Below are positions 1 through 9,029 of a stretch of 32,000 nucleotides of DNA, one piece after another. The position numbers and the translations under genes were made by a program. Source of the DNA: Dickeya solani IPO 2222 (GTDB taxonomy: Bacteria > Pseudomonadota > Gammaproteobacteria > Enterobacterales > Enterobacteriaceae). The notes beneath the pieces are model-generated. The model was not told the origin of the DNA. It saw nothing but the letters and a program-made list of their open reading frames with translations, and searched no databases. The stretch covers positions 720,001 to 752,000 of the forward strand of contig NZ_CP015137.1 in NCBI RefSeq assembly GCF_001644705.1. Reading direction: 5' to 3'. How positions within the stretch are numbered: position 1 is the first letter of the stretch; each line of letters opens with the position of its first letter.

Positions 1-1239
1 CGCCGCGGCAACGAACAGCGGGTGGTGCAAATTCGCGGGTGGCTGGAAGAGCAGTACCAGCAGTACGGCAACTGGGATTTTCTGCACAATAACGAGCGCG
101 GCATTTTCCCCATGCTTCGGTCGATGGAACAGAACAATGACGAGGCGATGCAGGGCTGGCGCACCCGGTTTTGGATCATGGATGAGAACCGCCGCCGGCT
201 GATCGGCCCGCCGATTTCGATACCCGCCGGCAGCAGTTGGCAACCGCTGACCGTGAAAAAACAGACCGTCGGCTGGCTGGTGGCCGCGCCGGTGGAAGGG
301 CTGACCCGCAGCGCCGATATCAGCTTCGACCGCCAACAACAGCGCACCAGTTGGCTGATTGTCGCCTTCACCACCCTGCTGGCCGCGATGGTGACCTGGA
401 TGATGTCGCGCGGCCTGCTGGCGCCGGTCAAACGGCTGGTCAACGGCATCCACCAACTGGCGGGCGGGGATTTCGGCACCCGGGTTTCCGCCAACGGACG
501 CGACGAGCTGGGGCGTCTGGCGCAGGATTTTAACCAATTGGCCTCAGCGCTGGAGAAAAACGAGCAGTCGCGCCGCGCGTTTATGGCGGATATTTCGCAC
601 GAGCTGCGCACCCCGCTGGCGGTGCTGCGCGGCGAACTGGAAGCATTGCAGGACGGCGTGCGCCGTCCGGACGCCGCGGCGTTCAGCTCGCTGCAGGCGG
701 AAGTGGCGCTGCTGACCAAACTGGTGGACGACCTGCACCAACTGTCGCTGTCCGATCTGGGCGCGCTGGCTTACCGCAAGGCCGCCGTCAACGCCAGCGC
801 CTTATTACAGGTGTCGGTGGCGGCGTTCAGGGAACGTTTCCAGCAAAAAGGCATCCGACTTACCACCCGCCTTCACCCCGAGGCAATCGTGTTTGGCGAC
901 CCCGACCGCCTGAATCAGCTGTTCAACAACCTGATGGAAAACAGCCTGCGTTATACTGATAATCAGGGCCAACTGGAGGTGGAAACCGAACTGCACCAGC
1001 AACGGTTGATTATCCACTGGCGCGACAGCGACCCCGGCATCAGCGATGAACAGCTGGCGCTGATCTTCGAGCGCTTCTACCGCGCGGAAAGCTCACGCAA
1101 CCGCGCCAGCGGCGGCTCGGGGCTGGGGTTGTCCATTTGCGCCAATATCGTTGAGGCGCACGATGGACGCCTGTATGCTGATCATTCCGCGCTCGGCGGC
1201 GTGCAAATCACCGTCGAGCTTCCGTTGCACCTATCCTGA
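1..1239 (+). CDS. baeS: Envelope-stress sensor histidine kinase BaeS, 5'-truncated by the window edge
   Basis: Reading frame of ORF 22..1239 stays open back to nt 1. H-box [22 protein letters not shown] and N/G boxes ([22 protein letters not shown]) are present. Near-colinear with E. coli BaeS as recalled, and followed by baeR. Confidence 0.9.
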   Translation, partial: RRGNEQRVVQIRGWLEEQYQQYGNWDFLHNNERGIFPMLRSMEQNNDEAMQGWRTRFWIMDENRRRLIGPPISIPAGSSWQPLTVKKQTVGWLVAAPVEGLTRSADISFDRQQQRTSWLIVAFTTLLAAMVTWMMSRGLLAPVKRLVNGIHQLAGGDFGTRVSANGRDELGRLAQDFNQLASALEKNEQSRRAFMADISHELRTPLAVLRGELEALQDGVRRPDAAAFSSLQAEVALLTKLVDDLHQLSLSDLGALAYRKAAVNASALLQVSVAAFRERFQQKGIRLTTRLHPEAIVFGDPDRLNQLFNNLMENSLRYTDNQGQLEVETELHQQRLIIHWRDSDPGISDEQLALIFERFYRAESSRNRASGGSGLGLSICANIVEAHDGRLYADHSALGGVQITVELPLHLS

Positions 1240-1255
1240 TAGGCAGGTAACCGAC

Positions 1256-1987
1256 ATGACAGCATCGTCTCCTGCAACGGCTGGTGATGAAAACCTGCCG
1301 GTGCTGATTGTTGAAGATGAGCCCAAACTGGCCCAGTTGCTGGTGGATTACCTGCATTCGGCGGGTTATCGCACCCACTGGCTGACGCAGGGTGAAGAGG
1401 TCGAACCCTGGGTGCGGGAACATCACTGCCAGCTCATCCTGCTGGACCTGATGCTGCCGGGCCGCGACGGCCTGACGCTCTGCCGCGCCATTCGTGGTTT
1501 TTCCAACGTGCCGATCATTATGGTGACCGCCCGCACCGACGAAATCGACCGGTTGCTGGGGCTGGAAATCGGCGCCGATGACTACATCTGCAAGCCCTAT
1601 AGCCCACGCGAAGTGGTCGCCCGGGTGAAAACCCTGCTGCGCCGCTGCCGCTGGCAACATGAACCGCTACCGGGCGATGCGCTGCCCGCGCTGCTAATAG
1701 ACCAAAACCGTTATCAGGCCAGCTACCTCGGCCGCCATCTGGAGTTGACGCCCGCCGAATTTCGGCTGCTGAAAACCCTCTCCGCCGAACCGGAGCGGGT
1801 GTTTTCGCGCGAACAGTTGCTCGACCATCTGTATGACGACTACCGGGTGGTGACCGACCGTACCATCGACAGCCACATCAAGAACCTGCGCCGCAAGCTG
1901 GAAATGTTTGACCGGGAAACGTCGTTTATCCGTACGGTGTACGGCATCGGTTACCGCTGGGAAGCGGCCGCCAGCCAGGAAATGTAG
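1256..1987 (+). CDS. baeR: OmpR-family response regulator BaeR
   Basis: ATG at 1256 gives [29 protein letters not shown]. Receiver domain plus winged-helix ([11 protein letters not shown]...[14 protein letters not shown]), colinear with E. coli BaeR. The ORF-track start at 1151 overlaps the baeS 3' end and is unlikely. Confidence 0.92.
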   Translation: MTASSPATAGDENLPVLIVEDEPKLAQLLVDYLHSAGYRTHWLTQGEEVEPWVREHHCQLILLDLMLPGRDGLTLCRAIRGFSNVPIIMVTARTDEIDRLLGLEIGADDYICKPYSPREVVARVKTLLRRCRWQHEPLPGDALPALLIDQNRYQASYLGRHLELTPAEFRLLKTLSAEPERVFSREQLLDHLYDDYRVVTDRTIDSHIKNLRRKLEMFDRETSFIRTVYGIGYRWEAAASQEM

Positions 1988-2177
1988 GCGACTCCGCCTT
2001 CGCATACCGGCAAGCCGTCAAAGAAACTGTCCGACTCGGTTAAAAATTTGCAATTTTCTCTCCGCTTCCAACTGCTATAACCTAAGTATTCACGTTGCGG
2101 GACAACACGCGCCGGCAACGTGAGGGATGGCGGGTATCGCATACTCATTAAATAAAATAATCATGATGAGGGTAAGC

Positions 2178-3140
2178 ATGTCGGGATTAGTCAATGGCAA
2201 GTGGGTCGATGGCGATGTAGCGGCCGAAGAGATCAAAGGCGGCGCGTTTCACCGTCAGGAAACCCTGTTTCGTGCAACGGCGCTGGTGCAGGAAGCCGGG
2301 CGTTATCAACTGTTCGTCTCGTACCTTTGCCCGTGGGCATCCCGCACACTGATCTACCGTAACCTGAAAGCCTTACAAGACGTGATCGCGCTGTCGGTGG
2401 CGGACCCTCGCATCGGCGAACAGGGTTGGGAATTCAGCACCCCGCAGGACGCCGGCGACAAAGTAGCGCCGGTGCGTTACCTGCACCAGCTCTACACCGC
2501 GAGCGAGGCGCACTACACCGGCAAAGTCTCGGTGCCGGTGCTGTGGGACCGTAAAGAAGGCCGCATCGTGAATAATGAATCGTCGGAAATCATTCGTCTG
2601 CTCAACCACGCTTTCAATGACCTGACCGGCAACCGGCTGGACTTTTACCCGGCAGCGCTACAACCGGAAATCGACCGCTGGAACAGCCTGATTTACGACA
2701 ACATCAACAACGGCGTGTACAAAACCGGTTTCGCCAAAACCCAGGAACACTACGACCAGGCGGTCACGAACCTGTTTGCATCGCTGGATACGGTGGACGC
2801 ACACCTGGCCCACCACCGCTATCTGGCGGGCGATACACTGACCGAAGCCGACTGGCGGCTGTTCGTTACACTGGTGCGTTTCGATGCCGCTTACCACGGC
2901 GCGTTCAAATGCAACATCCGCCGTCTGGAGGATTACCCGCACCTCTCTGGTTACCTGCGCGAGCTGTATCAGTGGCCGGGAGTCAAAGAAACGGTCAAGC
3001 TGGATCACATCAAAGCCGGTTACTACAGCATCCGTTGGCTTAATCCCACCGCCATTATTCCGAAAGGGCCGCAGGTGGACTTCGAGCGCCCCCACCAGCG
3101 CGAACTGGTTGGCCCGTCCGCCGGTATTCGCACCGCCTGA
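2178..3140 (+). CDS. yqjG: Xi-class glutathione S-transferase / glutathionyl-hydroquinone reductase (YqjG-like)
   Basis: CPWA active-site motif (SYLCPWASRTLI), VPVLWD, NESSEIIR and TEADWRLF..LVRFD all match E. coli YqjG as recalled. ATG 2178 is preceded by GAGGG; upstream in-frame Met codons lack support. Confidence 0.8.
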   Translation: MSGLVNGKWVDGDVAAEEIKGGAFHRQETLFRATALVQEAGRYQLFVSYLCPWASRTLIYRNLKALQDVIALSVADPRIGEQGWEFSTPQDAGDKVAPVRYLHQLYTASEAHYTGKVSVPVLWDRKEGRIVNNESSEIIRLLNHAFNDLTGNRLDFYPAALQPEIDRWNSLIYDNINNGVYKTGFAKTQEHYDQAVTNLFASLDTVDAHLAHHRYLAGDTLTEADWRLFVTLVRFDAAYHGAFKCNIRRLEDYPHLSGYLRELYQWPGVKETVKLDHIKAGYYSIRWLNPTAIIPKGPQVDFERPHQRELVGPSAGIRTA

Positions 3141-3145
3141 TCGCC

Positions 3146-3177
3146 GTCGACGGCCAGGTTGTCCTCCGGCCGTCGAC
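3146..3177 (+). terminator. GC-rich stem-loop after yqjG (possible terminator, no clear U-tract)
   Basis: GTCGACGGCC (3146-3155) pairs with GGCCGTCGAC (3168-3177), a 10-bp perfect stem 6 nt after the stop codon. Confidence 0.35.
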
Positions 3178-3311
3178 AGTTCGCCCGCGCCAATAGGCTT
3201 ACTTTTTGTAAGCTGACTACTGATTTTTCCCGCCGTTGGCGTTAGAATCTGCCGCCTTTACTGTTCCCATCCGGGAACAGCCTGACCTGTGATCAGACTT
3301 GAGAAAACACC

Positions 3312-4688
3312 ATGTTCAAACCGGAATTACTCTCTCCGGCCGGTACGCTGAAAAATATGCGTTACGCCTTTGCCTATGGCGCTGATGCGATTTATGCCGG
3401 CCAGCCCCGCTACAGCCTGCGTGTGCGCAACAACGAATTCAACCACCAGACGCTGGCGCAAGCCATCAGCGAAGCCCATGCGCTGGGCAAAAAATTCTAC
3501 GTGGTGGTCAACATCGCGCCCCATAACGCCAAGCTGAAAACCTTCCTGCGCGATCTGCAACCGGTTGTCGAGATGAACCCGGACGCGCTGATCATGTCCG
3601 ATCCGGGCTTGATCATGCTGGTGCGGGAAAACTTCCCGCAGATGCCGATCCACCTGTCGGTACAGGCCAACGCCGTCAACTGGGCGACGGTAAAATTCTG
3701 GCAGCAGATGGGGCTGAGCCGGGTCATTCTGTCGCGCGAGCTGTCGCTGGAAGAAATTGAGGAAATCCGCGCCCAGGTGCCGGAAATGGAGCTGGAAATC
3801 TTCGTCCACGGCGCGTTGTGCATGGCCTATTCCGGCCGCTGCCTGCTGTCCGGTTATATCAATAAGCGCGACCCGAATCAGGGCACCTGCACCAATGCCT
3901 GCCGCTGGGAATACAACGTGCAGGAAGGCAAAGAGGACACCGTCGGCAACATCGTGCACATCCACGAACCGATCGCCGTCACGCAGCTCGACGCCGCTCA
4001 GGTGGAGCCCACGCTGGGTATCGGCGCGCCTACCGACAAGCTATTCATGCTGGAGGAAAAGCAGCGTCCGGGCGAATACATGAGCGCGTTTGAAGACGAA
4101 CACGGCACCTACATCATGAACTCGCGCGACCTGCGCGCCATTCAGCACGTGGAACGGCTGACCAACATGCAGGTTGCGTCACTGAAAATCGAAGGCCGCA
4201 CCAAGTCGTTCTACTACTGCGCCCGCACCGCGCAGGTGTATCGCCGCGCCATTGACGACGCCGCAGCGGGCAAGCCGTTCGACCCGACGCTGCTGCAGAC
4301 GCTGGAAGGGCTGGCGCACCGCGGTTACACCGAAGGCTTCCTGCGCCGCCACGTCCACGAGGATTACCAGAATTACGAGTACGGTTATTCGGTATCGGAC
4401 CAGCAGCAATTTGTCGGGGAGTTTACCGGCGAGCGGCGCGACGGGCTGGCGGAAGTGGCGGTCAAGAACAAGTTCTCCCGCGGCGACAGCGTGGAAATGA
4501 TGACGCCGGGCGGCAACATCCAGTTCACCATCGATGCCCTGCTCAACACGAAAGGGCAGGCGATCGATGTCGCGCCGGGTGACGGTCATACGGTGTATCT
4601 GCCGGTGCCGGACGACATCGCGCTGGAATACGCGTTGCTGCTGCGTAACCTGCCGGGCACTAACACCCGCAATCCGCACGCGAAATAA
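3312..4688 (+). CDS. yegQ: U32-family peptidase-like protein YegQ (TrhP, tRNA ho5U34 hydroxylation factor)
   Basis: N-terminus MFKPELLSPAGTLKNMRYAFAYGADA.YAGQPRYSLRVRNNEFNH and most of the first 200 aa are nearly identical to E. coli YegQ as recalled. Same position after baeSR as in E. coli. Confidence 0.92.
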   Translation: MFKPELLSPAGTLKNMRYAFAYGADAIYAGQPRYSLRVRNNEFNHQTLAQAISEAHALGKKFYVVVNIAPHNAKLKTFLRDLQPVVEMNPDALIMSDPGLIMLVRENFPQMPIHLSVQANAVNWATVKFWQQMGLSRVILSRELSLEEIEEIRAQVPEMELEIFVHGALCMAYSGRCLLSGYINKRDPNQGTCTNACRWEYNVQEGKEDTVGNIVHIHEPIAVTQLDAAQVEPTLGIGAPTDKLFMLEEKQRPGEYMSAFEDEHGTYIMNSRDLRAIQHVERLTNMQVASLKIEGRTKSFYYCARTAQVYRRAIDDAAAGKPFDPTLLQTLEGLAHRGYTEGFLRRHVHEDYQNYEYGYSVSDQQQFVGEFTGERRDGLAEVAVKNKFSRGDSVEMMTPGGNIQFTIDALLNTKGQAIDVAPGDGHTVYLPVPDDIALEYALLLRNLPGTNTRNPHAK

Positions 4689-4726
4689 CAAAAAAAGTGA
4701 CAGTATCGTGCCAATAGTGACATTTT

Positions 4727-4742
4727 TTAGAATCAGATCACA
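4727..4742 (+). promoter_or_regulatory. Class II CRP site of the cyaR promoter
   Basis: TTAGAATCAGATCACA has a perfect TCACA half and a weaker TTAGA half. It is centred at 4734.5, i.e. -41.5 relative to the predicted CyaR 5' end (4776). A TATTAT -10 lies at 4764-4769. Confidence 0.6.
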
Positions 4743-4775
4743 TCAATGGCCTGGCTAACTGGTTATTATTGCAGC

Positions 4776-4869
4776 GCTGAGAAAATACAAAACGAAAAAT
4801 AAGCGTAGTTATGCTACTAGGAACCACCTCCTTGGCCAGCTCAATCTCCCTTGAGCTGGCTTTTTCTTT
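4776..4869 (+). ncRNA. cyaR: Hfq-dependent sRNA CyaR (RyeE)
   Basis: GCTGAGAAAA...CTAGGAACCACCTCCTTGGCC...AATCTCCCTT matches E. coli CyaR (GCUGAAAAAC...CCAGGAACCACCUCCUUAGCC...AAUCUCCCUU) as recalled. Terminator stem is 4835-4844/4851-4860 followed by TTTTTCTTT. Located right after yegQ, as in E. coli. Confidence 0.88.
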
Positions 4870-4874
4870 GGTGG

Positions 4875-5282
4875 TTATTCCCGCTTCAGGCGCGGGCTGT
4901 TGACCAGATAGAGCGTGATCACCAGAATCAGGATCGCCCCGGCATAGGTGAAGGTATCCGCCGGGTTTTTATGGTCGACGATGATCAACCGCACGATGGC
5001 GGTAATACCGATGTAGATAAAATAGCGCAGCGGAAAGTGATAGCCGGACAGAAAATACTTCACGATCAGCGCCAAAAACTCGAAATAGAGAAAATAAATC
5101 ACCAGGCTTTCGATCAGCATGTAGGACGACTCTTTTTCATTGCTGACCAACAGTACCGTCGCCAGATGCCAGGTTTCCTTACCCAGAAAGACAACCAGAA
5201 TCACCGCCAGCACCAACAGGCCGAAATTGAGTATGGTTTGCAACCCTTTGGCAATCATGATCGCTCGCTGTGACCCTGCCAT
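4875..5282 (-). CDS. psiE: Phosphate-starvation-inducible inner-membrane protein PsiE
   Basis: [51 protein letters not shown] and the C-terminal LKRE match E. coli PsiE. The ATG at 5282 sits 6 nt after GAGGAG and gives about 135 aa; the longer ORF-track start (5378) runs through a repeat region. Confidence 0.9.
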   Translation of the reverse strand: MAGSQRAIMIAKGLQTILNFGLLVLAVILVVFLGKETWHLATVLLVSNEKESSYMLIESLVIYFLYFEFLALIVKYFLSGYHFPLRYFIYIGITAIVRLIIVDHKNPADTFTYAGAILILVITLYLVNSPRLKRE

Positions 5283-5300
5283 GAACATCTCCTCAACAAT

Positions 5301-5342
5301 ATTATTCAGAGAACAACACGAATTATTTAGAGAACAACACGA
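5301..5342. repeat. Two tandem copies of a 21-bp unit in the psiE upstream/leader region
   Basis: ATTATTCAGAGAACAACACGA (5301-5321) and ATTATTTAGAGAACAACACGA (5322-5342) are 20/21 identical. Confidence 0.95.
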
Positions 5343-5400
5343 CTCAGAAAAAACATCACCCCAAAATCCGGCGTTCAATAGCTCTGCCCGCAGGCAATAA

Positions 5401-5416
5401 TCTGACGCGGATCACA
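5401..5416 (-). promoter_or_regulatory. Candidate CRP site upstream of psiE
   Basis: Minus strand reads TGTGATCCGCGTCAGA (TGTGA-N6-TCAGA), about 120 nt upstream of the psiE start. E. coli psiE is reported to be under PhoB and cAMP-CRP control. Confidence 0.4.
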
Positions 5417-5573
5417 AAATTACCGGGTCATAAGCGGGCTGTCCATGCAATATTTTTACCCATTCGCCAATTTATCCGCGAAGTTACGCCGGCGATGAGC
5501 AAGCGCCGCCAGATATTAACCGGCATGCATGGCACATAACATGCGCAACGCCACCGTGAGGTCACGCACCAAC

Positions 5574-6353
5574 ATGAACAATCAGCTCTCCGTCTGCGCC
5601 GAAATGGTTTTTCCTGAACTCCCGTTCATCGAACGCGTCAGGCATATTCATGCGTTGGGTTTCGGCGTTGAAATGTGGAGCTGGGAACACAAGGACCTCA
5701 CCGCGCTGGCTGCTACCGGCGCCCGCTTTACCTCCATGTCCGGTTTTCTGGCCGGGAACCTCACCGATAGTGAAGGGATCCGCATGCTATTAACCACCGC
5801 ACGGGCGTCGCTGGCCGCGGCCGACAAGCTGGATTGCCTGAACCTTAATCTCACCGGCAGCGCGCTGGATGCCAGCGGGCTGCCGGTAACGCCGGTCGAT
5901 ACCCTTACCGGTTCAATGTGGTTAAACGCCGCCGCCGCGTTGCATGAGATTGCCCGCCTGGGCGAGCAATACGGCCGCGTCTTTACGCTGGAAAACCTCA
6001 ACGTGGATGTCGACCACCCGAGAACGCCGTTTGCCAAAGCCAGCGAAACGTTCGCGCTGGTTGCCGCCATCAACAGCCCTTACCTGAAGATGAATCTCGA
6101 CCTCTATCACGCACAAATTGGCGAAGGCAATCTCACCGCGTTGATTCGCCGCTGTCACCCCTTTATCGGGGAAATCCAGGTGGCCGACGTACCGGGCCGC
6201 CACCAGCCGGGAACGGGCGAGATCAATTACCGGCACATCGCCAGGACGCTGCATGAGGTGGATTACCGCGGGCCGATAGCGCTGGAAGGATCGGCGCTGG
6301 GGGATGGCACAGAAGCACTAGAACAGTTTCGGGCGCATTTTACGCTGGGCTGA
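5574..6353 (+). CDS. Hydroxypyruvate isomerase (Hyi/OtnI) family TIM-barrel protein
   Basis: Xylose-isomerase-like TIM barrel. The C-terminal signature IQVADVPGRHQPGTGEINY parallels E. coli Hyi LQIADNPHRGEPGTGEINY. Start is ambiguous (5529 or 5574). Confidence 0.75.
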   Translation: MNNQLSVCAEMVFPELPFIERVRHIHALGFGVEMWSWEHKDLTALAATGARFTSMSGFLAGNLTDSEGIRMLLTTARASLAAADKLDCLNLNLTGSALDASGLPVTPVDTLTGSMWLNAAAALHEIARLGEQYGRVFTLENLNVDVDHPRTPFAKASETFALVAAINSPYLKMNLDLYHAQIGEGNLTALIRRCHPFIGEIQVADVPGRHQPGTGEINYRHIARTLHEVDYRGPIALEGSALGDGTEALEQFRAHFTLG

Positions 6354-6358
6354 CTCCG

Positions 6359-6379
6359 GCCGGTGTCCAGCACACCGGC
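6359..6379 (+). terminator. Stem-loop after the hyi-like gene (weak terminator candidate)
   Basis: GCCGGTGT-CCAGC-ACACCGGC, an 8-bp stem 6 nt past the stop codon with no strong U-tract. Confidence 0.35.
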
Positions 6380-6433
6380 ATCGCCGTTGTGGAACTTCCA
6401 GCCTGACTTGCTGCGATAGCAGGTTCCGGTGAT

Positions 6434-6586
6434 GTCTATTTCCTGTGATACATAGTTTCCTGTGATACATAGTTTCCTGTGATACATAGTTTCCTGTGAT
6501 ACATAGTTTCCTGTGATACATAGTTTCCTGTGATACATAGTTTCCTGTGGTGCACCGTTCCCTGTGGTGCATAGTTTCCTGTGATA
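6434..6586. repeat. Tandem array, 9 head-to-tail copies of a 17-bp unit (consensus CATAGTTTCCTGTGATA)
   Basis: Five perfect copies at 6451-6535. Degenerate copies at 6434-6450, 6536-6552 and 6553-6569, then another perfect copy at 6570-6586. Intergenic, with no spacers. Confidence 0.97.
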
Positions 6587-6623
6587 AATCTCGCATTTCC
6601 AAAACGTACCGAGAGAGCCCATT

Positions 6624-6641
6624 AAAGTAATCGATTACTTT
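6624..6641. promoter_or_regulatory. Operator O1, an 18-bp perfect palindrome AAAGTAATCGATTACTTT (candidate site of the LacI-family regulator at 10281)
   Basis: Perfect dyad with a central CG, as typical for LacI/GalR-family operators. The same 12-bp core recurs at 6659 and 12355. It overlaps the predicted -35. Confidence 0.7.
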
Positions 6642-6663
6642 ATACCTGATGTTATTTTGTAAT
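6635..6663 (+). promoter_or_regulatory. Predicted sigma70 promoter of the transporter operon
   Basis: TTACTT (6635-6640), 17-nt spacer, TGTAAT (6658-6663). Both hexamers lie inside the O1/O2 palindromes, and a GGGAGAG Shine-Dalgarno precedes the ATG at 6690. Confidence 0.5.
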
Positions 6664-6670
6664 CGATTAC
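6659..6670. promoter_or_regulatory. Operator O2, the 12-bp perfect palindrome GTAATCGATTAC
   Basis: Identical core to O1, with centres 32 bp apart. It overlaps the predicted -10/+1. Confidence 0.7.
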
Positions 6671-6689
6671 TTTTAAAAGGCGGGAGAGT

Positions 6690-7937
6690 ATGGATTCTTC
6701 AATTATGAGTACCGAATTAAAAACATCACCGCATAAACTGCTCGTTCCCCGGCTGTCGTTCATGATGTTTATGCAATTTTTTATCTGGGGAAGCTGGTCG
6801 GTCACGCTGGGGCTGGTAATGACGCAGCACAACATGTCCTCATTGATTGGCGACGCTTTCTCGGCCGGGCCTATCGCCTCCATCCTGTCCCCTTTTGTGC
6901 TCGGCATGCTGGTTGACCGCTTTTTCCCTTCGCAGAAAGTGATGGCGGTGATGCACCTGGCCGGCGCAGCGATCCTGTGGTTTGTCCCGCAGGCGCTGGT
7001 AAGTGAAAATGGCGCACAGCTGATTGCATTGCTGTTCGCCTACACGTTGTGTTACATGCCGACGCTGGCGCTGACCAACAACATTGCTTTCCACAGTCTG
7101 GCCAGTGCGGAAAAAACCTTTCCGGTGGTCCGCGTATTCGGCACGATAGGCTGGATTGTCGCCGGGATCTTGATTGGCGTTACCGGCATTGCCGCCAGCG
7201 TGATGATTTTCCAGCTTGCCGCGGTGTGCTCCGTCATTCTGGCCGTTTATAGCCTGACTTTGCCCCATACGCCGGCGCCGGCCAAAGGCCAGCCGCTGGC
7301 GTTGCGCGATCTGTTCTGCGCCGACGCCTTCGCCCTGCTGAAGAAAAGCCATTTTCTGATTTTTGCCGTCTGCGCCACCCTGATTTCCATTCCGCTGGGT
7401 ACTTACTACGCCTACACCGCGTCATTCCTCGCGGATCTCGGCATTAAAGACGTCAGCACGGCGATGTCGTTCGGCCAGATGTCGGAAATCTTTTTCATGT
7501 TGATTATCCCGCTGCTGTTCCGCCGTCTGGGCATCAAATACATGCTGCTGATCGGTATGCTGGCGTGGTTTCTCCGCTATGCGCTGTTTGCCCTTGGCGT
7601 CAGCGAGACAGGGCGCGGGCTGCTGTACCTCGGCATTTTGCTGCATGGCGTTTGCTACGATTTTTTCTTTGTCATCGGTTTTATCTATACCGATCGCGTT
7701 GCCGGCAACAAGGTCAAAGGTCAGGCGCAAAGCCTGATTGTCATGTTTACCTACGGTATTGGCATGTTGCTCGGCTCGCAAATCTCCGGTGCGCTGTATA
7801 ACCGGCTGCTCGGCCAGACCACGCCGCCCGAGGTACACAACTGGGTCACCTTCTGGTGGATCCCGGCCGTTATGGCCGCCGTCATCGCGTTTATTTTCTT
7901 TCTTTCCTTTAAATATCAAGAGCAAGACAACCGTTAA
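6690..7937 (+). CDS. MFS transporter of the nucleoside:H+ symporter family (YegT/NupG/XapB-like)
   Basis: LSFMMFMQFFIWGSWSVTLG, ILSPFVLGMLVDRFF, VRVFGTIGWI and GQMSEIFFML..P.LF.R.GIK parallel E. coli YegT as recalled. About 12 hydrophobic segments. An alternative start lies at 6705. Confidence 0.85.
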   Translation: MDSSIMSTELKTSPHKLLVPRLSFMMFMQFFIWGSWSVTLGLVMTQHNMSSLIGDAFSAGPIASILSPFVLGMLVDRFFPSQKVMAVMHLAGAAILWFVPQALVSENGAQLIALLFAYTLCYMPTLALTNNIAFHSLASAEKTFPVVRVFGTIGWIVAGILIGVTGIAASVMIFQLAAVCSVILAVYSLTLPHTPAPAKGQPLALRDLFCADAFALLKKSHFLIFAVCATLISIPLGTYYAYTASFLADLGIKDVSTAMSFGQMSEIFFMLIIPLLFRRLGIKYMLLIGMLAWFLRYALFALGVSETGRGLLYLGILLHGVCYDFFFVIGFIYTDRVAGNKVKGQAQSLIVMFTYGIGMLLGSQISGALYNRLLGQTTPPEVHNWVTFWWIPAVMAAVIAFIFFLSFKYQEQDNR

Positions 7938-7958
7938 GCCATTACATAGGGAGGCAGA

Positions 7959-9029
7959 ATGCAAACAATAAAAGGGCCGGGTTTATTTCTCGCGCAGTAT
8001 ATTGGGGAACAGGCGCCCTTTAATTCACTGGAAGGGCTGGCCGGCTGGGCGGCTGGCCTCGGTTTCAAGGCGCTTCAGATCCCCTGCAACCATCCGCACA
8101 TTTTTGATCTGGAAACGGCCGCGCACAGCCAGACCTATTGCGACGACGTCACCGGACGCCTGGCTGAATACGGGCTGGTGATTAGCGAACTCTCCACCCA
8201 TCTCGAAGGTCAGTTGATTGCCGTACACCCGGCTTACGATCACGCCTTTAACGATTTTGCGCCGCCTGCCGTTCGCCATAGCAAAACGGCGCGACAGCAA
8301 TGGGCGGTAAACGCGTTAACAAACGCCGCCGCCGCGTCAGAAAAATTGGGGTTGCGCGCCCATGCGACCTTCTCCGGCGCGCTGGCCTGGCCCTATTTCT
8401 ACCCGTGGCCGCCGCGCAAGGAAGCGTTAATCAAAGAGGCTTTTGACGAGCTGGCCCAACGCTGGCGCCCGATCCTGGATGTTTTTGATCACCACGGCGT
8501 TGACCTCTGTTACGAATTGCACCCGTCGGAAGACCTGCACGATGGCGTCAGTTTTGAGCGCTTTCTCCATGCGGTTGGCAACCACCCGCGCTGCCACGTG
8601 CTGTACGACCCGAGCCATATGCTGTTGCAGCATATGGATTACCTCGCCTTTATCGATATTTACCACGACAGAATCCGGGCCTTTCATGTGAAAGACGCCG
8701 AGTTTACACCCAGCGGCAAAAGCGGCGTTTACGGCGGTTATCAGTCCTGGACAGAACGCGCCGGGCGCTTCCGCTCGCCGGGAGACGGTCAGATCGATTT
8801 CAAATCCATTTTCAGCAAGCTGGCGCAGTATGACTATCCGGGCTGGGCGGTTCTGGAATGGGAGTGCTGCCTGAAAGCAGCGGAAACCGGCGCGCGGGAA
8901 GGGGCCGAGTTCATCCGCCGTCACATCATCCCCGTGGCTGGAAAAGCATTTGATGACTTTGCCGCCACCACCAACGATCGCCAGGCCATCAGGAACATGC
9001 TGGGGCTGAAAGGAGAAAACGCGTCATGA
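7959..9029 (+). CDS. Sugar phosphate isomerase/epimerase-type (xylose-isomerase-like) TIM-barrel protein, substrate unknown
   Basis: GGGAGG Shine-Dalgarno. Pattern of barrel-end acidic/His residues (ELHPSED, FHVKD, WAVLEWE). Translationally coupled (ATGA) to the downstream oxidoreductase. Confidence 0.75.
   Translation: MQTIKGPGLFLAQYIGEQAPFNSLEGLAGWAAGLGFKALQIPCNHPHIFDLETAAHSQTYCDDVTGRLAEYGLVISELSTHLEGQLIAVHPAYDHAFNDFAPPAVRHSKTARQQWAVNALTNAAAASEKLGLRAHATFSGALAWPYFYPWPPRKEALIKEAFDELAQRWRPILDVFDHHGVDLCYELHPSEDLHDGVSFERFLHAVGNHPRCHVLYDPSHMLLQHMDYLAFIDIYHDRIRAFHVKDAEFTPSGKSGVYGGYQSWTERAGRFRSPGDGQIDFKSIFSKLAQYDYPGWAVLEWECCLKAAETGAREGAEFIRRHIIPVAGKAFDDFAATTNDRQAIRNMLGLKGENAS

Noticed and set aside
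2091-2122. CACGTTGC-N16-GCAACGTG inverted repeat between baeR and yqjG as a terminator or operator
   Set aside because: The loop is long and there is no U-tract. No second copy or known motif was found, so there is insufficient support for either role.
6434-6586. Possible CRISPR array
   Set aside because: The units are directly adjacent with no spacers. The 17-bp unit is far shorter than CRISPR repeats, and there are no cas genes in the window.
6263-6622. Minus-strand ORFs (119 and 94 aa) encoding repeated YHRKLCITGNYVSQETM
   Set aside because: They are simply translations of the 17-bp tandem array. Because 17 is not a multiple of 3, the peptide repeat cycles through frames. There is no start context and no coding signal outside the repeat.
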